Made by a program: the position numbers and the translations under genes | Notes under the pieces: generated by a model | What the model saw: the letters and a program-made list of their open reading frames with translations, nothing else | What the model was told of the DNA's origin: nothing | Database searches by the model: none | Part shown: piece by piece, positions 34,436 through 47,222 of the stretch | How the letters are laid out: every line of letters starts with the position of its first letter | Position numbering within the stretch: position 1 is the stretch's first letter | NCBI GenBank assembly: GCA_001599295.1 | Contig: BCGN01000008.1 | Span: forward strand, 186,001-250,000 | Length of the DNA: 64,000 bases | Origin: Sporopachydermia quercuum | Lineage: Eukaryota | Direction of reading: 5' to 3'

Positions 34436-37329
34436 ATGGGTAAGTCTAGTTAACTAATGCAATTGGTTGATACAATTAATTTTATCACTGGTGCTACTAT
34501 TATTAATTTTCGTTTATTTCATACTGACAATTCATTATAGATAAATCAATCCAAAGAGGACTTAATGACAGGTTCTATGATAAAAGAAAAGCTGCAGCAT
34601 TAGAACTTGAACGACAGATCAGACAGCTTATTCTACAACAAGATTCAGCTAGAATCCATAAGATTATTGAAGAATTATGTAGAGATTATGCATATGCAGT
34701 ACACCAACCCAATGCTCGTAATGGTGGGTTGATTGGTCTTGCTGCTGCTGCAATTGCCTTAGGACAAAATGAAGTAGCTCCTTACTTAGAAGACATCATT
34801 CACCCTGTTCTAGCTTGTTTTGGTGATCAAGACGCAAGAGTACGTTATTATGCTTGTGAAGCTATGTATAATATTGCGAAAGTATCAAAAGGAGAGATCT
34901 TAGTATATTTCAACGAAATATTTGATGTACTATGCAAGCTGGCAGCAGATTCTGATATTTCTGTTAAAAACGGTGCTGATCTACTCGACAGACTTATGAA
35001 AGATATTGTTGCTGAAAAGGCCTCCACGTATGTCTCTACTGTTCATAATATCAGAGATGAGCATGATACTTCTTTACTTCAAACAACTATGGTAGATCAT
35101 TCAGGTAAAGTAGTTATGGTCAATGCCCCTCATTCAAATACTGCTTTTTCTTTACCTAGATTTATTCCCTTGTTAACTGAAAGAATATATGCTATCAATC
35201 CTTTCACCAGAATGTTTCTAGTCTCATGGATCAATTTATTAGACTCGATACCTAATTTAGAGCTCATTTCGTATTTACCGGCCTTTCTCGGAGGTCTTAT
35301 ATCGTTTCTGAGTGATACCCATAAAGATGTCAGAGTTGTCACCCATTCTACTTTGGATGTCCTTCTCCATGAGATAAAACGAGTGGCTGAATTTCAAAGG
35401 GCTCTCAAGCAACATCGTGAGCGAAAGAAGCTTTCGGAAATGAAACAGGACAAAATAGGTAAACTGGGATCTGACAACAACTTGTCGTCGCAATTCCAAG
35501 ACAAATTATCAATTGAACCATTAGCGCATTCATCAGATGTTGAGGACGATGAAGGTGATGTTGAGAATCATCGAAGATCTATAAATGATCCCAGCATGTC
35601 ATATATGGATACTTATGACATGAATGATGAAGATGATTTTGATAAAAGCAACTTTGATGATGAAGGATTATATCTCCCTGGAGAAGATGTTCATATTGAT
35701 TATCCTAAGACAATTGAAATACTCATTTCTCACTTAGACTCGTCTGAAGAAGAAATCCAATTGGTGGTACTTTCATGGCTAGATGCTATATTGGAGATAT
35801 CACCATATGCTCTATTGCCACACGTACCAAAGCTTCTGTCTATACTATTGCAAAATATTTCATATGATGATGAAATTGTTCGTGAAAAGGCTCTATTGGT
35901 TAACAGCAATATAATGGCGTTTATTGAGAGCTTACCTGGTGAAGAATCAGATTCAGGTGATAGTTCTGGCGATAATAGTAGTGCTGGTGCTGGCTCTAGT
36001 GCTCATGCTGGAAATAGTACTGCTGATAACGACAATGGTAGTGCTAATACTCCTTCTGGTTCTGCCGGTGGACATAACAATACAGTGTCATCGTTGTCAG
36101 CTTCTGTTGATGTTAAGTCCAAACCTGACTCAACTCCTAGAATTGTTCCTATTGGCTTTGAACAAGAAATAGAAGAAAAACTGGACTATGGTGCCACTAT
36201 CAACACTTTGACTCTTCATTTTCTCAATGAACATGAAGTAACAAGATCTGCTGCTTTAGATTGGTTAATCATGCTTCATCATAAAGTACCCAAACAGTTT
36301 CTTGTATTACATGATAAGATATTTATCACATTGCTAAAAGCTCTAAGTGATCCTAGTGAAGATGTCGTAAATAGAGATCTCCAACTGTTATCCCAGATCT
36401 CTTATGAAAGCGATGATAATTATTTCAGTCTCTTCATGTCTAATCTGCTTAGCTTGTTCAAAGTAGATAGAAGATTACTTGAAAACAAAGGATATCTTAT
36501 CATCAAGCAGTTATGTATAAGCTTAGATCCTCAGCGTATTTATAGGATTTTAGCTGAATTGCTGGAGAAAGAAGAAGATGTTGAGTTTGCCAGTATCATG
36601 GTTCAGATATTAAACAACAATCTGACAACAGCACCTGAATTAAGTAAACTAAGGAAAATGTTAAGAAATCCAATGGACAAAGATGAGCTGCAAATGTTTT
36701 TCATCTTATTTCGTTGCTGGTGTCATTCAGCACCAGCAGCACTTTCCCTTTGTCTATTATCGCAAGCTTATGAACATGCATTTGCTGTACTACAAATATT
36801 CACAGAATTTGAAATTACGGTTAGTTTATTAGTGCAGATAGATATTCTGGTTCAGTTACTGGAATCTCCTGTATTCACAAGGTTAAGAATGCAGTTATTG
36901 GAGCCTCGCATGTATCCTTATTTGCACAAATGCTTGTATGGAATTCTAATGCTTCTACCGCAAAGTTCAGCTTTCAATACATTACAGAATAGGTTATCAA
37001 GCGTTGCACCTTTAGGTTTTTTCCCAGGTGAGCAAGGAATGGGATATAATGTCTCTAACGTTAATAGCAATGGTAGCAATAGTGGCAGCAATGGTAATGC
37101 CAATGGTAATGGATCCTCACCAGACTTGGAGTCAAGTTCTATTATAACGTCTCAATCACGAAATGAAGAATGGAAAGACTTGTTAACGAAGTTCAGGGAA
37201 GTTCAACAAAAACATGAGCAATTAAGAAGCGTCAAAGCTGAGAATATGAGAGCTCAAGCGCCAGAAACACGACCTAAAATAACAAGTAAAAGAGGAAGTT
37301 ATATAAATCATCCTAATAATAGTGTCTAA
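34436..37329 (+). CDS. VAC14: Fab1/PIKfyve complex scaffold Vac14, 2 exons
   Basis: Coding exon 1 is only ATGG (34436-34439); intron 34440-34540 GTAAGT..TACTGAC..TAG. Gives MDKSIQRGLNDRFYDKRKAAALELE, HEAT repeats and QLLESPVFTRLRMQLLEP. Confidence 0.95.
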
Positions 37330-37569
37330 TCACGGAAAAGACGTTTTGAATGGTATCAGTGGATATGGTAGTTGATAAAAGAAGAACAAATTGTTAGTGG
37401 AATATGGTTACCGGGTGAATATTTGCCAATCTATGTTTATAAAGTCATCAACACGCAACAAACAAAGTTGTTAATGCGCTGGTTGGATCTAGATTAAAGT
37501 TATTATGTATTTATTGTTATTATGATGATTTAAATAGTAAAAGTCGAAATCCATCTATTCATAGTTTAT

Positions 37570-38391
37570 TTAGTAATCAACTTCCCTTATACCATCTTTA
37601 TCAACAACCTTCACTAAAAGACCTTTGAACCCAATAGGTAGACGTTTTTCTAATTCATCTTCACATAGTCTCAAAACTTCTAATACTTCTTCTAAGCTCA
37701 TTCCTTGCTTGAAATGTCTATCTAGAAGTGATAAACAGTAATAACCAGCATATCCATGAGCGCCATAGGGAAGAGAAACTTTAGTGCCGATATAATCTAT
37801 ATAATACAATTCTGGACTTCCTTCTTTCGTATTGTATCCTCCAATGAGAAGATTCACCTGATATGGTTTCTGGTGGGACGTTAGTATTGTTACGAAGGAT
37901 TGACCTTAAGAGAGTGTAATGGCTACTCAAGCCTTTGGCAATTATTTGATGCCAAGTACTACTGTAAGTAGAAGATATAATACGTACTCTAGTTCGTAAA
38001 GAAGCATGTAGTTGGCTTCTGACAAAACTGGCAACAGCTGGTGTTGTCAAATCATAATTGTATCTTACTGAGTATAACTTGGTGTTGGCTCTGATATATT
38101 CACTGAAATTGACTGTTCGAACGAAAGTTAGTACTTATAGAAATGGTTACTCTACTATTGATAGGTGATCATCACGACTTCTCGTAGTGCAAATGAAATA
38201 TAGTTGATTGCGAGTCAGTAAATCAACATACCTGTGTCACCAGCTTCACCAGTATAAGCTAATAGGTTATGCTTATTGAGATCGAGTGTTTTATCATCAG
38301 TAGCTTTTAGCACACTTATACCCCTAACAAATGCTTTAGAAGTAGCTATCAACACCCCATCAGCGTATGTTATTCCTAGAATAACATCCAT
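37570..38391 (-). CDS. PRE1: 20S proteasome beta-4 subunit, 3 exons
   Basis: Exons 38391-38232, 38112-37988, 37869-37570 (194 aa). MDVILGI, GEAGDTVNFSEYI, RKPYQVNLLIGG, AHGYAGYYCLSLLDRH. The second intron has a GTACGT donor. Confidence 0.95.
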
Positions 38392-38763
38392 TTCTATCGA
38401 TACTCTGATATTATTTTTAATTGGATCAACTTTAAAGCTGCTTGAAAGCGTGCTGGTTCAACGTTTTTCTTCTAATATTCAATTTAATACCCTCAATTAC
38501 TTCACTCCGTTGATAGCTTCCTTAATTGGTTTCTGATTCTCAGCCTGTTTCTACCAACTAAACAGTTCTTCCAATTCAATGCAAAACTTTCTATTGAATC
38601 TTTAATTGCGACAGTGACAAATCTTCATGTGCAACTAATTGTTCTCATGTGGATTCACAGGATGAATAAATTATATTGAAGACGATGTGTGATAGAACTT
38701 CTCAATACAACAGCGAAATGACTCTGTAAATGAGCATTTACTTAGTTAGACATATACAAATTG

Positions 38764-38772
38764 TTCGCCACA
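38764..38772 (-). promoter_or_regulatory. PACE-like (Rpn4) element upstream of PRE1
   Basis: TGTGGCGAA on the - strand ~375 nt upstream of the PRE1 ATG; a variant of GGTGGCAAA. Confidence 0.45.
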
Positions 38773-38920
38773 AACAAACCAGATTCTAGCACAAACCGGT
38801 GAGATCTTGTGTACCTTCCCCCGTAATATTGGGAGGTATTTCTAGAGATAGCATGACAATGGTAACTTGGTGTCTCCTTATATTCCCATCATTCACGTGA
38901 TGTTTGGAACTAAATTTCAA

Positions 38921-38950
38921 TTTCGCGTCTTATCTGGCTCTGACACGAAA
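38921..38950. promoter_or_regulatory. MCB/SCB-like G1/S elements upstream of PRI1
   Basis: ACGCGAAA on the - strand (38921-38928) and CACGAAA (38944-38950), ~200 nt before the primase ATG. Confidence 0.5.
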
Positions 38951-39140
38951 TTCCGATCTCTTTGTCTGATAACTGCAACTATAGATAGAGAGAGAAGAAA
39001 AAATAGCTTGTTGAAGATAATATATATGTACTGGGTATTTGAAATTGAGAATCAAATTGAGTACTTTATTGTCTTGGCTTCAGCTAGTTGGATATAGCTC
39101 TTGTTCTAAGTACTTGCTGTCAGTTATATCATCAACCATA

Positions 39141-40664
39141 ATGCCAGATCTAGAAGCAGGAACACGAGGTCGTGAACTCACAGTGCCTGTGGCATCTTCG
39201 AACCCTTCATCACCAGTAACGAGAAATTTGACTTCAGAAGACCTTGAGGAGCTCAGAGAGGATTTGGAATCTTCACCAGTGAAAACATCTTTAAGTGGGA
39301 ACGGAATTGAATCAGGCAATGAAGAGGAGGATGATCTCAACGGTGGTGGTGATATTACCATAGAAGCAAAGTCTCCAACAGAAGTAACATCAAACACAAC
39401 TGCTGACGAACCATCACCAGCTCCAACACCGAAGAAAAAAGAAATAAAAAGAGATCACATGCAGTTATACTATGAGAGGTTGTTTCCCTTCAGATATCTT
39501 TTTCAGTGGTTAAACCACTCTCCTGTTGTTTCTACAGATTTCACCAACCGTGAGTTTGCTTTTGAGTTGAAAGGTGGTGTTTATATGAGATACAATTCAT
39601 TTAAAACCATTGAAGAATTCAGGAAAGAGTTATTAAGACTAGTTCCTACAAGATTTGAAGTTGGTGCTGTGTATACAGCAAATCCTAGAGATAGAAAGAT
39701 CCTTGCTAAATCAGCATTAAAACCTTTAGACAAAGAGTTGGTTTTTGATATTGATTTGACTGATTATGACGGTATTCGAACGTGTTGTTCAAAGACGGAT
39801 ATTTGTCATAGATGTTGGAAGTTTATCAACGTGGCAATGGAAGTAATGAACACTGCATTGAAGGAAGATTTTGGCTTTGAGGAACTCTTGTGGGTTTACT
39901 CTGGAAGAAGAGGTGCACATTGTTGGGTATCTGATCAAAGGGCAAGAGCTTTATCCGATAGTGAGAGGAAAGCAGTAGTAGAATACTTGGATATATTCAA
40001 AAGCACTAAAAATGGTAAACTGATACTCAAAAGACCATTGCACCCACATTTATCAAGAAGTCTTGATACACTAAAGAACTATTTCCAAGAAATTGTATTG
40101 GAAGATCAAGATCCGTGGAGAGATGATCCAGAATTTCTATTAACATCCATACCAGACAAAATACTATCCCTGTCATTGAAAAAAGAATGGGATGATCATC
40201 CTGAAAGGAGCAGTTTACAGAAATGGGAAGATATTGATCGCATAGCAAGCAGAGGAGTATCAAAGAAACTTGATACTAAAGCATTAGCTGAAGCAAAGAA
40301 AGATATTATACTTCAATATCTGTATCCAAAGCTTGATGTAAATGTATCTGTTTTAATGGGGCACTTGCTCAAATCTCCTTTTTGTATNCATCCTGGAACT
40401 GGGAATGTCTGTGTGCCCATTGTCGATGCAAGCTTTGATCCTTTTGAGGTACCAAAAATCGATCAATTATTAGTAGAATTAGCGAATTATGAATCTCGTG
40501 AAGTTGATAAAGCGGATAGCAACTCAGATAGACAGAAGGATAAATATGATTATAATAAAACAGCGTTGAAACCTTACGTTGAGCAATTTGGTCGCTATGT
40601 TCAATCGGTGGTGTCTAATGAAAGAAAGCTTAAGAGAGAACGTGAAGATGATCTAACATTTTGA
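39141..40664 (+). CDS. PRI1: DNA primase small (catalytic) subunit
   Basis: ATG 39141. Motifs REFAF, KELVFDIDLTDY, YSGRRGAHCW, YPKLD, HLLKSPFC.HPGTG. One N at 40388. Confidence 0.96.
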   Translation: MPDLEAGTRGRELTVPVASSNPSSPVTRNLTSEDLEELREDLESSPVKTSLSGNGIESGNEEEDDLNGGGDITIEAKSPTEVTSNTTADEPSPAPTPKKKEIKRDHMQLYYERLFPFRYLFQWLNHSPVVSTDFTNREFAFELKGGVYMRYNSFKTIEEFRKELLRLVPTRFEVGAVYTANPRDRKILAKSALKPLDKELVFDIDLTDYDGIRTCCSKTDICHRCWKFINVAMEVMNTALKEDFGFEELLWVYSGRRGAHCWVSDQRARALSDSERKAVVEYLDIFKSTKNGKLILKRPLHPHLSRSLDTLKNYFQEIVLEDQDPWRDDPEFLLTSIPDKILSLSLKKEWDDHPERSSLQKWEDIDRIASRGVSKKLDTKALAEAKKDIILQYLYPKLDVNVSVLMGHLLKSPFCXHPGTGNVCVPIVDASFDPFEVPKIDQLLVELANYESREVDKADSNSDRQKDKYDYNKTALKPYVEQFGRYVQSVVSNERKLKREREDDLTF

Positions 40665-40912
40665 AAAGCTTAGAGATTATTATAACTAATATGTACGATA
40701 AACAAGGAACATCTTAATACAGTTTAATACAATAAAGAAGTTTAATCCACCTGGAACTTTATATATAATGAGAACCAGAAGGAAACTGAACTATTAAACG
40801 ATCCATCGAATCTATTACATACTTCAGTCTTATTTTCTTTGCGATTCTTGCGCCTGCTGACCAAAAAATTATATGCTAATTGTTTCCCTATAACAAATCA
40901 ACCTTTACATTT

Positions 40913-43189
40913 CTACATAATTGTACAGGATGACCCTGGTGCACAGGAACCAACAAAACTCCCATACATACTCTTAGAAGCATCCAAAGCGTCACCAGCA
41001 CCACTGTTACTACCTTGAGGACATATAATTCTAATCTCTTGCTTGCCAGCTCCATGCCACCAAAAAAAAATCTGTTTATTGGGACTGACACTCCATTTTC
41101 CTGAACTTACCCTAACACTTAGGTCCTCATAATCATAATGATACCTAGGAAGAAATATTTCAGTTGGTATATAAGATGATTCATCTTCTTCATCACCACG
41201 AATAACTAAGTGTAATTCGGTTGTTTTGATATCAAAAGTGAAAGATACTGGTACTCCTCTTGTTTTACATGGATATGGTCTAATAATGGCAGGAGCAGCT
41301 CTAGTGCCATCAGCTCCAAAATCGCCAGAGATTTCAACATCCTCAGAGTCCACATCAAGTAAACTAACCGACTCGTCAGATATAGCTCGTGTGTGTTGAG
41401 TATGTGATGATTTGGAACGAATGGTTATAAGCTCGTTAGATCTTTTGGGGAACGAAAATCCAAATTGACGCGAATCAGAGGTATCTTGTGAACACCAAAA
41501 ACTAAAATCTTCACAGTTCCAGCCATCGCCATGTTTGTGGGTATTATTATGAACATAGCTCCAGTAAGTATGGTTCATGCAGGATCCATCAAGCCCATAA
41601 CTCAATGCATCTAGAGCTCTGATCTGTGAACTATAATCACCAGTACTGTAAGCCTTCTTATTGTCAAGGTCAAAGGGCATACCTGTTTCTGAAACTAAAA
41701 TCGGTATATTTCCCATGTGTTCTCTACATTCTTTCTTCATTTCTTCAAACTGCCGTGCAAAAGATTGTTTAATAGCTTTTTCGCCAAATACCATACCAAG
41801 CACAGGAGTTAAGTATTTTCCCCTAAGTATCCCAAGAGTGTCAATATTAAACCACGTGTTCCATTTCTTCATCATGAGGGTCATTCCATCATAATAATGC
41901 ACGCAAATGGCACATCTTTCATCTATCGCATCAGTTCCTTTAAAATCAGGAGGAATTTCCAAGACTGGCGATTGACAGAAAAGCATCACGTCTTTGCCCA
42001 GGTTATTTCTTGACAATCGTAGGAACTTCTCCCAGAAAGATCTAAAAAAATTATTGCTGAAGTACTTCATATCACATTTGTGACCATCAACACTTTTGAA
42101 ATAATCCTTTTGAAGTATTTCTTGAGTATACGTATTCCAGACACCATTTTGAGCCCATAGACACCGACCCTGTTCCCATCGAGGCGATCTTTTCCAACCA
42201 TAATGAGCTTCGTCATCGAAATCTTCTTTTTCAAGCCAAACAGACACCCCTTTAGGGTCTATCAGCCTCTTGCCAGTTTTCTTCGGACCTAAACTTGTAA
42301 ACTCATATACAGCAACTTCACAAGCTATGCCACTTGCTAGAAGCATAGATTGGAAGGCTGTAGGAGTTGTGCCATTTTTAAGCTTATCAGAAGATTCTGC
42401 AGAGATATCTTCACGACCAATGAGGCCAATATTCGGTTCGTTTAGGGATTCCAAGCCCAGAATAGCACCAGATATGAAAAGATCTGTCTCGGTAACAATT
42501 CTCTTATAAAGGTAGTTAAAAGCATTAAGGAAATGATCTTGTAGAAAATGCTGAATGTTCACACCATCAATAATAGCATTAGGAGCAAAAGTATCACCAG
42601 CAAAAAATAGTGTGTACATATACTGAGAGCAGAATCTATTATAATTTGTAGCCCACATCATACTAGGATAATCTTTCTCATCTGTAACAAAATTCTGAAT
42701 AATGGCTGCTTCTGTTTCAATCATGTTTCTTGGATTTAAACCAGCAGCGTATAGTGTCCATAATGGGGCTCCAGATCCACCAGAAAGGCGCGACCAAATA
42801 TCTTGATGAGGATCAATCAATATATAAAGGCCATGATCCCTAACTAATTTCATCATTTGTATAGTGTATTCAATGAATTCTTCATCATAGATACCTGGAC
42901 CCATATGTTCCAACGCTTCCCAAGGAATAATATATCTTACAGTATTGAAACCCCATTGTCTGATTCTTGTCAGATGTTGATGTGCAGATTCTAAAGGAAA
43001 CGGCCTACCAACAAAAGAAACAGAATCAGCGTTAAAGAATTCATCTTTGGTCACTGTTGCATATGTCGGAATATCTGGTCTCGTAGGTAGCTTGGATGAC
43101 CCATCAATATTTACTCCTTTGATGAAAACTGTTCTATTGCAATGATCTCTAAAGTTACCTTCAGAGTCCACTTTCAGTGGTTCAGACAT
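40913..43189 (-). CDS. EGH1: GH5 endoglycoceramidase-related glucosylceramidase / steryl-beta-glucosidase
   Basis: WEALEH.GPG.YD, DPHQD.WSR.SGGSGAP, catalytic NEP and ETG motifs, GDGWNCEDFS, C-terminal CTIM. Convergent with PRI1. Confidence 0.9.
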   Translation of the reverse strand: MSEPLKVDSEGNFRDHCNRTVFIKGVNIDGSSKLPTRPDIPTYATVTKDEFFNADSVSFVGRPFPLESAHQHLTRIRQWGFNTVRYIIPWEALEHMGPGIYDEEFIEYTIQMMKLVRDHGLYILIDPHQDIWSRLSGGSGAPLWTLYAAGLNPRNMIETEAAIIQNFVTDEKDYPSMMWATNYNRFCSQYMYTLFFAGDTFAPNAIIDGVNIQHFLQDHFLNAFNYLYKRIVTETDLFISGAILGLESLNEPNIGLIGREDISAESSDKLKNGTTPTAFQSMLLASGIACEVAVYEFTSLGPKKTGKRLIDPKGVSVWLEKEDFDDEAHYGWKRSPRWEQGRCLWAQNGVWNTYTQEILQKDYFKSVDGHKCDMKYFSNNFFRSFWEKFLRLSRNNLGKDVMLFCQSPVLEIPPDFKGTDAIDERCAICVHYYDGMTLMMKKWNTWFNIDTLGILRGKYLTPVLGMVFGEKAIKQSFARQFEEMKKECREHMGNIPILVSETGMPFDLDNKKAYSTGDYSSQIRALDALSYGLDGSCMNHTYWSYVHNNTHKHGDGWNCEDFSFWCSQDTSDSRQFGFSFPKRSNELITIRSKSSHTQHTRAISDESVSLLDVDSEDVEISGDFGADGTRAAPAIIRPYPCKTRGVPVSFTFDIKTTELHLVIRGDEEDESSYIPTEIFLPRYHYDYEDLSVRVSSGKWSVSPNKQIFFWWHGAGKQEIRIICPQGSNSGAGDALDASKSMYGSFVGSCAPGSSCTIM

Positions 43190-44298
43190 TTTTAATGATG
43201 GGTTTTTGTGGTTAATGGATGATCTTATGATGGTGTGTCTGTGGTTCAGAAAAGCGAGGGTCGAGAACTACACCGCCAAACTGGCGAGAATACTGAAAGA
43301 TGCTGATGAAACGAGAGCTTGTGAAAATACCAAATAAATCGATGTTTTGCATTTATTGCTTTCTCTTTGAGGCTAGTTTTTCTAGCCTGATCCCCAAATG
43401 TAATAGATCACAGATAGGAGACGTTGTGACGAGATAAGGTGCAGATGATCTATCTCTTTGGAGTCAACAAATTCACCTTGGATACTAGAATTCTCGCACA
43501 ATCTAATTTTTCTAATATCCTGTTCAAATATCTCGAATATTGTTTACATATATATTTTCTTGTTTTCGTATCAGGTGTCGATGATACATACATACAATAC
43601 TCTTTTTCTCGCGTCATTCATTCATGGGGCTATCGCTGATTTAAACCTTTTCTTGTTTAATTGGTCGTTATCCGACCATAGTTCTAATTCCGAGTTTGAC
43701 TATCAAATCAAGGCCTGATTGCTGGAAACTAGCAAATAAGAAACTACAATCCTACTCTACCTTCAAGTTTGATTCAATCTACAAATACCAAGATGTATAG
43801 GAATCTCTTTTACTCATACCGTATCTTCCGTCATATAGTTCATTTAGTGATCGGCCCTTGTATCTTCGATTCTTATCATTGTATGTTTATATGATGTATG
43901 TTTATGACTTTATGATCACGTTATCTAATAATTGTCTGAACTTAGACTGAGAAAATGAGATTGAGTCGGATGTATCTATACTTCTTATTGGACACTGTTG
44001 AAGGGAGATATGAAATATGAGCCAAACAGTATACTCGATTAGTAATATAATATTACTAATACAATATTACCAACAGATAATAAAAGTATGTGGAGCATGT
44101 GAAAATCTGGAAAGGCAAAGAAAGAAGCAAAATATTTTAAATACATTATAAGCTAAAGTACGTAGATGTTTGTCATGATTGGGGCTGCAAATGATGTATT
44201 TATACAGCTGAAATAACAAAGTTTACTGGAATATTGGATATTGTCTGGCTTGGTTAGATTTATTAGTAAAATTCTCTGTATTCTTGTTGTAAGTAAAT

Positions 44299-45603
44299 AT
44301 GGATTCAAGTGAGCCTGGACAAACTAGACCTGATGATCTGGAAGTGGAAGAAGAAGATTATATAGATGTTAGTGAAGTTGAAGAAGAAGTTGGAGACAAA
44401 GACGATGCTGGAGAGGTTGTTGATGATGAAGATGATGATAGAGAAATGGATGTTGATGACGCTGAAGCCGAAGGGGAAGATGAAGGTGATGGTGATGGTG
44501 ATCAAGAAGTTATCGAAATTGATATGTCTAATAACTCATCTACATATTTTGATAAACACACCGATTCTATATTCACAGTATTCAGTCATCCGACTCTACC
44601 ATTAGTTGTAACAGGGGGTGGTGATGATACAGGATACTTATGGACCACCAATTCACATCCACCAAGAATTTTAGCTCAATTGTCGGGACATAGTGAATCA
44701 GTTATTTCCGGAGCATTTACATATGATGGATCATATTTAATTACAGGTGATATGTCTGGCCAAATTAGGATATGGAAGTCTTTCAAGAAGGGTCAAGTTT
44801 GGCAATTTCATGACAAGCTAGAAGAAGTAGAAGAAATTGTGTGGGTTCGTGCCCATCCTCGACAACAAGTATTTGCATTTGGAGCTGCTGATGGTTCAGT
44901 GTGGGTGTTCTCGTTGGATCCTCATTTAGAACAAATCATGTGTGGTACTGCACACTCATTAGAATGTAACTCGGGAGTTTTCACTAATCTAGACGATTTA
45001 GACTCGTTAACTTTGGTTACATGTTGTGAGGATTCATCGGTTGTATCATGGAATTGCTACACTGGTACTACAAACTATGTTCTTACTAATGCGCAATTCA
45101 AGACGGAGACTCCTTGGATTTCAATGGCACTAAATGCCGCTGGTACCACCTTAGCAGTTGGCTCCAGAGACGGTAAACTTGCTATAATAAAGACCGAAAC
45201 AGGCGCTATTGCTACCATAATAAATACCATCAGTGATGGTCAGGAGGAGACGGACGCAAGTATTGAGGCTGTGTCTTGGTGTGATGTTCAACCTATTTCA
45301 GCCATTGGCAATGTAGCCGGAGAGATAAAATTATATGATACCGGTTCTTGGAGGCTAAGAAAAACCGTGTGCTGTGATGATGCTGTTACTAAATTAATTT
45401 TCTTAAATAACTCTCCTATTTTAGTTTCTTCTTCTATGAATGGTTCTCTTATTAAATGGGATGTACGAACAGGTGAACAAAAATGGAAAGGTTACGGTCA
45501 TAGCAGTGGTATTTTGGACTTTGCCATTCAAAAGAATGGTCAAAGGTTAATCACTGCTGGAGATGAAGGTGTATCTCTAGTTTTCAATGATGAAGAAAAC
45601 TAA
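44299..45603 (+). CDS. SQT1: WD40 chaperone of Rpl10/uL16
   Basis: Acidic N-terminus, EIDMSNNS.TYFDKHTDSIF, TGGGDD, C-terminal ITAGDEGVSLVF. Confidence 0.93.
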   Translation: MDSSEPGQTRPDDLEVEEEDYIDVSEVEEEVGDKDDAGEVVDDEDDDREMDVDDAEAEGEDEGDGDGDQEVIEIDMSNNSSTYFDKHTDSIFTVFSHPTLPLVVTGGGDDTGYLWTTNSHPPRILAQLSGHSESVISGAFTYDGSYLITGDMSGQIRIWKSFKKGQVWQFHDKLEEVEEIVWVRAHPRQQVFAFGAADGSVWVFSLDPHLEQIMCGTAHSLECNSGVFTNLDDLDSLTLVTCCEDSSVVSWNCYTGTTNYVLTNAQFKTETPWISMALNAAGTTLAVGSRDGKLAIIKTETGAIATIINTISDGQEETDASIEAVSWCDVQPISAIGNVAGEIKLYDTGSWRLRKTVCCDDAVTKLIFLNNSPILVSSSMNGSLIKWDVRTGEQKWKGYGHSSGILDFAIQKNGQRLITAGDEGVSLVFNDEEN

Positions 45604-45757
45604 AACAAAAAACTAGTTCGTGATTCTTTGCATAACACATCAATGACTCTATTTTATATGTACTTAGTTTCCTCCATCAGTTACAGTGTCAATTCGTGTT
45701 CACTAAATGACACTATTATATTGAGCTTTCTAATTTTCTCTTTCTGTTCTTTTAGGT

Positions 45758-46548
45758 CTATGTTTGTAGAGCCTGAGAGATTTTTTGATCTATTAACTTT
45801 TTCACAAGCTTCACCAACTGGGAATCGCTGCTTGAAACCTGCTTTTCTAGTTGCAAAGAAATTTGCTTTTCAATCAGCTTGCCCATTAAATCAACTTCAA
45901 CATTAACCCAATCGCAGATCTGCTTCTTTGGCATAACCACCTTGTCTTGTGTATAAGCGACCATCATAATTGAAAATGATGGATCATCGCTTGAACTGGA
46001 CACACCTGTGACAGTTAATGAGGTTCCATCTAAACTGATAAATCCTTTCTCGACAATATACTGTAAGAATTCTTTATCTCGAAGTCTGAAAGTAAAGCTA
46101 ATAGAATTTCCATCAGGTTCTCTTTTGACAATTTCAGCAATTGTATCAATATGTCCCTGAAAAATGTTAGTTATTGAAATCAAAAGGTCTTTCCACACAC
46201 TTTCCAATTCTTAGTAATTATGTGGCATACCTGAACAAAGTGTCCACCAAATCTAACTTCGCCAGAAATAGCACGTTCTAAATTAACTGGTGATCCACTT
46301 CTCAGTTCTCCAAGGTTAGTTCTGCGTAGAGTTTCTGGACTAACACCTACTTTGAATGTATCTTTAGTGAATTCTGTGACTGTCAAGCAGGTACCATTGA
46401 CGGCTATACTATCTCCCAGATGAACATCGCTTAAAATTTCACTAGCCTTTCCTATGACAATAGATGTTCCGTTACCTCCGGTGACACTTTGGTCGTTCGC
46501 TGTGTACTCTAGAACTTCGCCGATGATTTCAACAATCCCTGTGAACAT
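45758..46548 (-). CDS. RIB5: Riboflavin synthase, 2 exons
   Basis: Exons 46548-46231 and 46156-45758. MFTGIVE, GDSIAVNGTCLT, GGHFVQ|GHID. Intron is 74 nt, GTATGC..AACTAAC..CAG. Confidence 0.96.
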
Positions 46549-47222
46549 TATGAATAGTACTGTGAATTTCGGTTGATAGATTGATTGATTCCTAGATGAA
46601 GCAATTTACCTCTTGAATTTGCCGGCTATGTTGGCAATAGTGCTTCGTAGACAGTTAGAAAGATGAGTAAGTAGTACAGCTTTCAGTATCTCTGGATCCA
46701 AATGCTGATAATTATGGGAATGTTTCTCCGTCCGTCAGTTAGATAATCCTTCCTGTATTCTATTCTTCTTCATTATTTCACTAACTAGGACACTGATTAT
46801 TAGTCATAATCATAATAGTGGGGTTCGCTCGTTCAATCTTATGTAAGCCCCCTGATATGAAACTTTGTACTGAGAGGGAATGACATAAGCTGTATTGGTC
46901 AAACTTGCATAATAATACATCAAACTGCATTAATAAAGTAACTCATACAAGATGTAGGAAGTGTACATAAAAGAAATAGAACGATAAATTGATATTAATT
47001 ATTAAAAAAGATCATGAAATTAAGTAAAAACGCCAACGAAAGAAATCATTTGACAGAAAATTTGAAACACAAGAAACAAAAAGCTATTAATATTTTCCAC
47101 CAACTGTACAGACACAGGTATTAGAAAGAATATGTTGGGGTCAAAAAATGTATCAATTGTACAAAGGAACTCATATCTATACCACAATGTAACCAATTTT
47201 AAGCGCTTGAGTATCTATGCAC

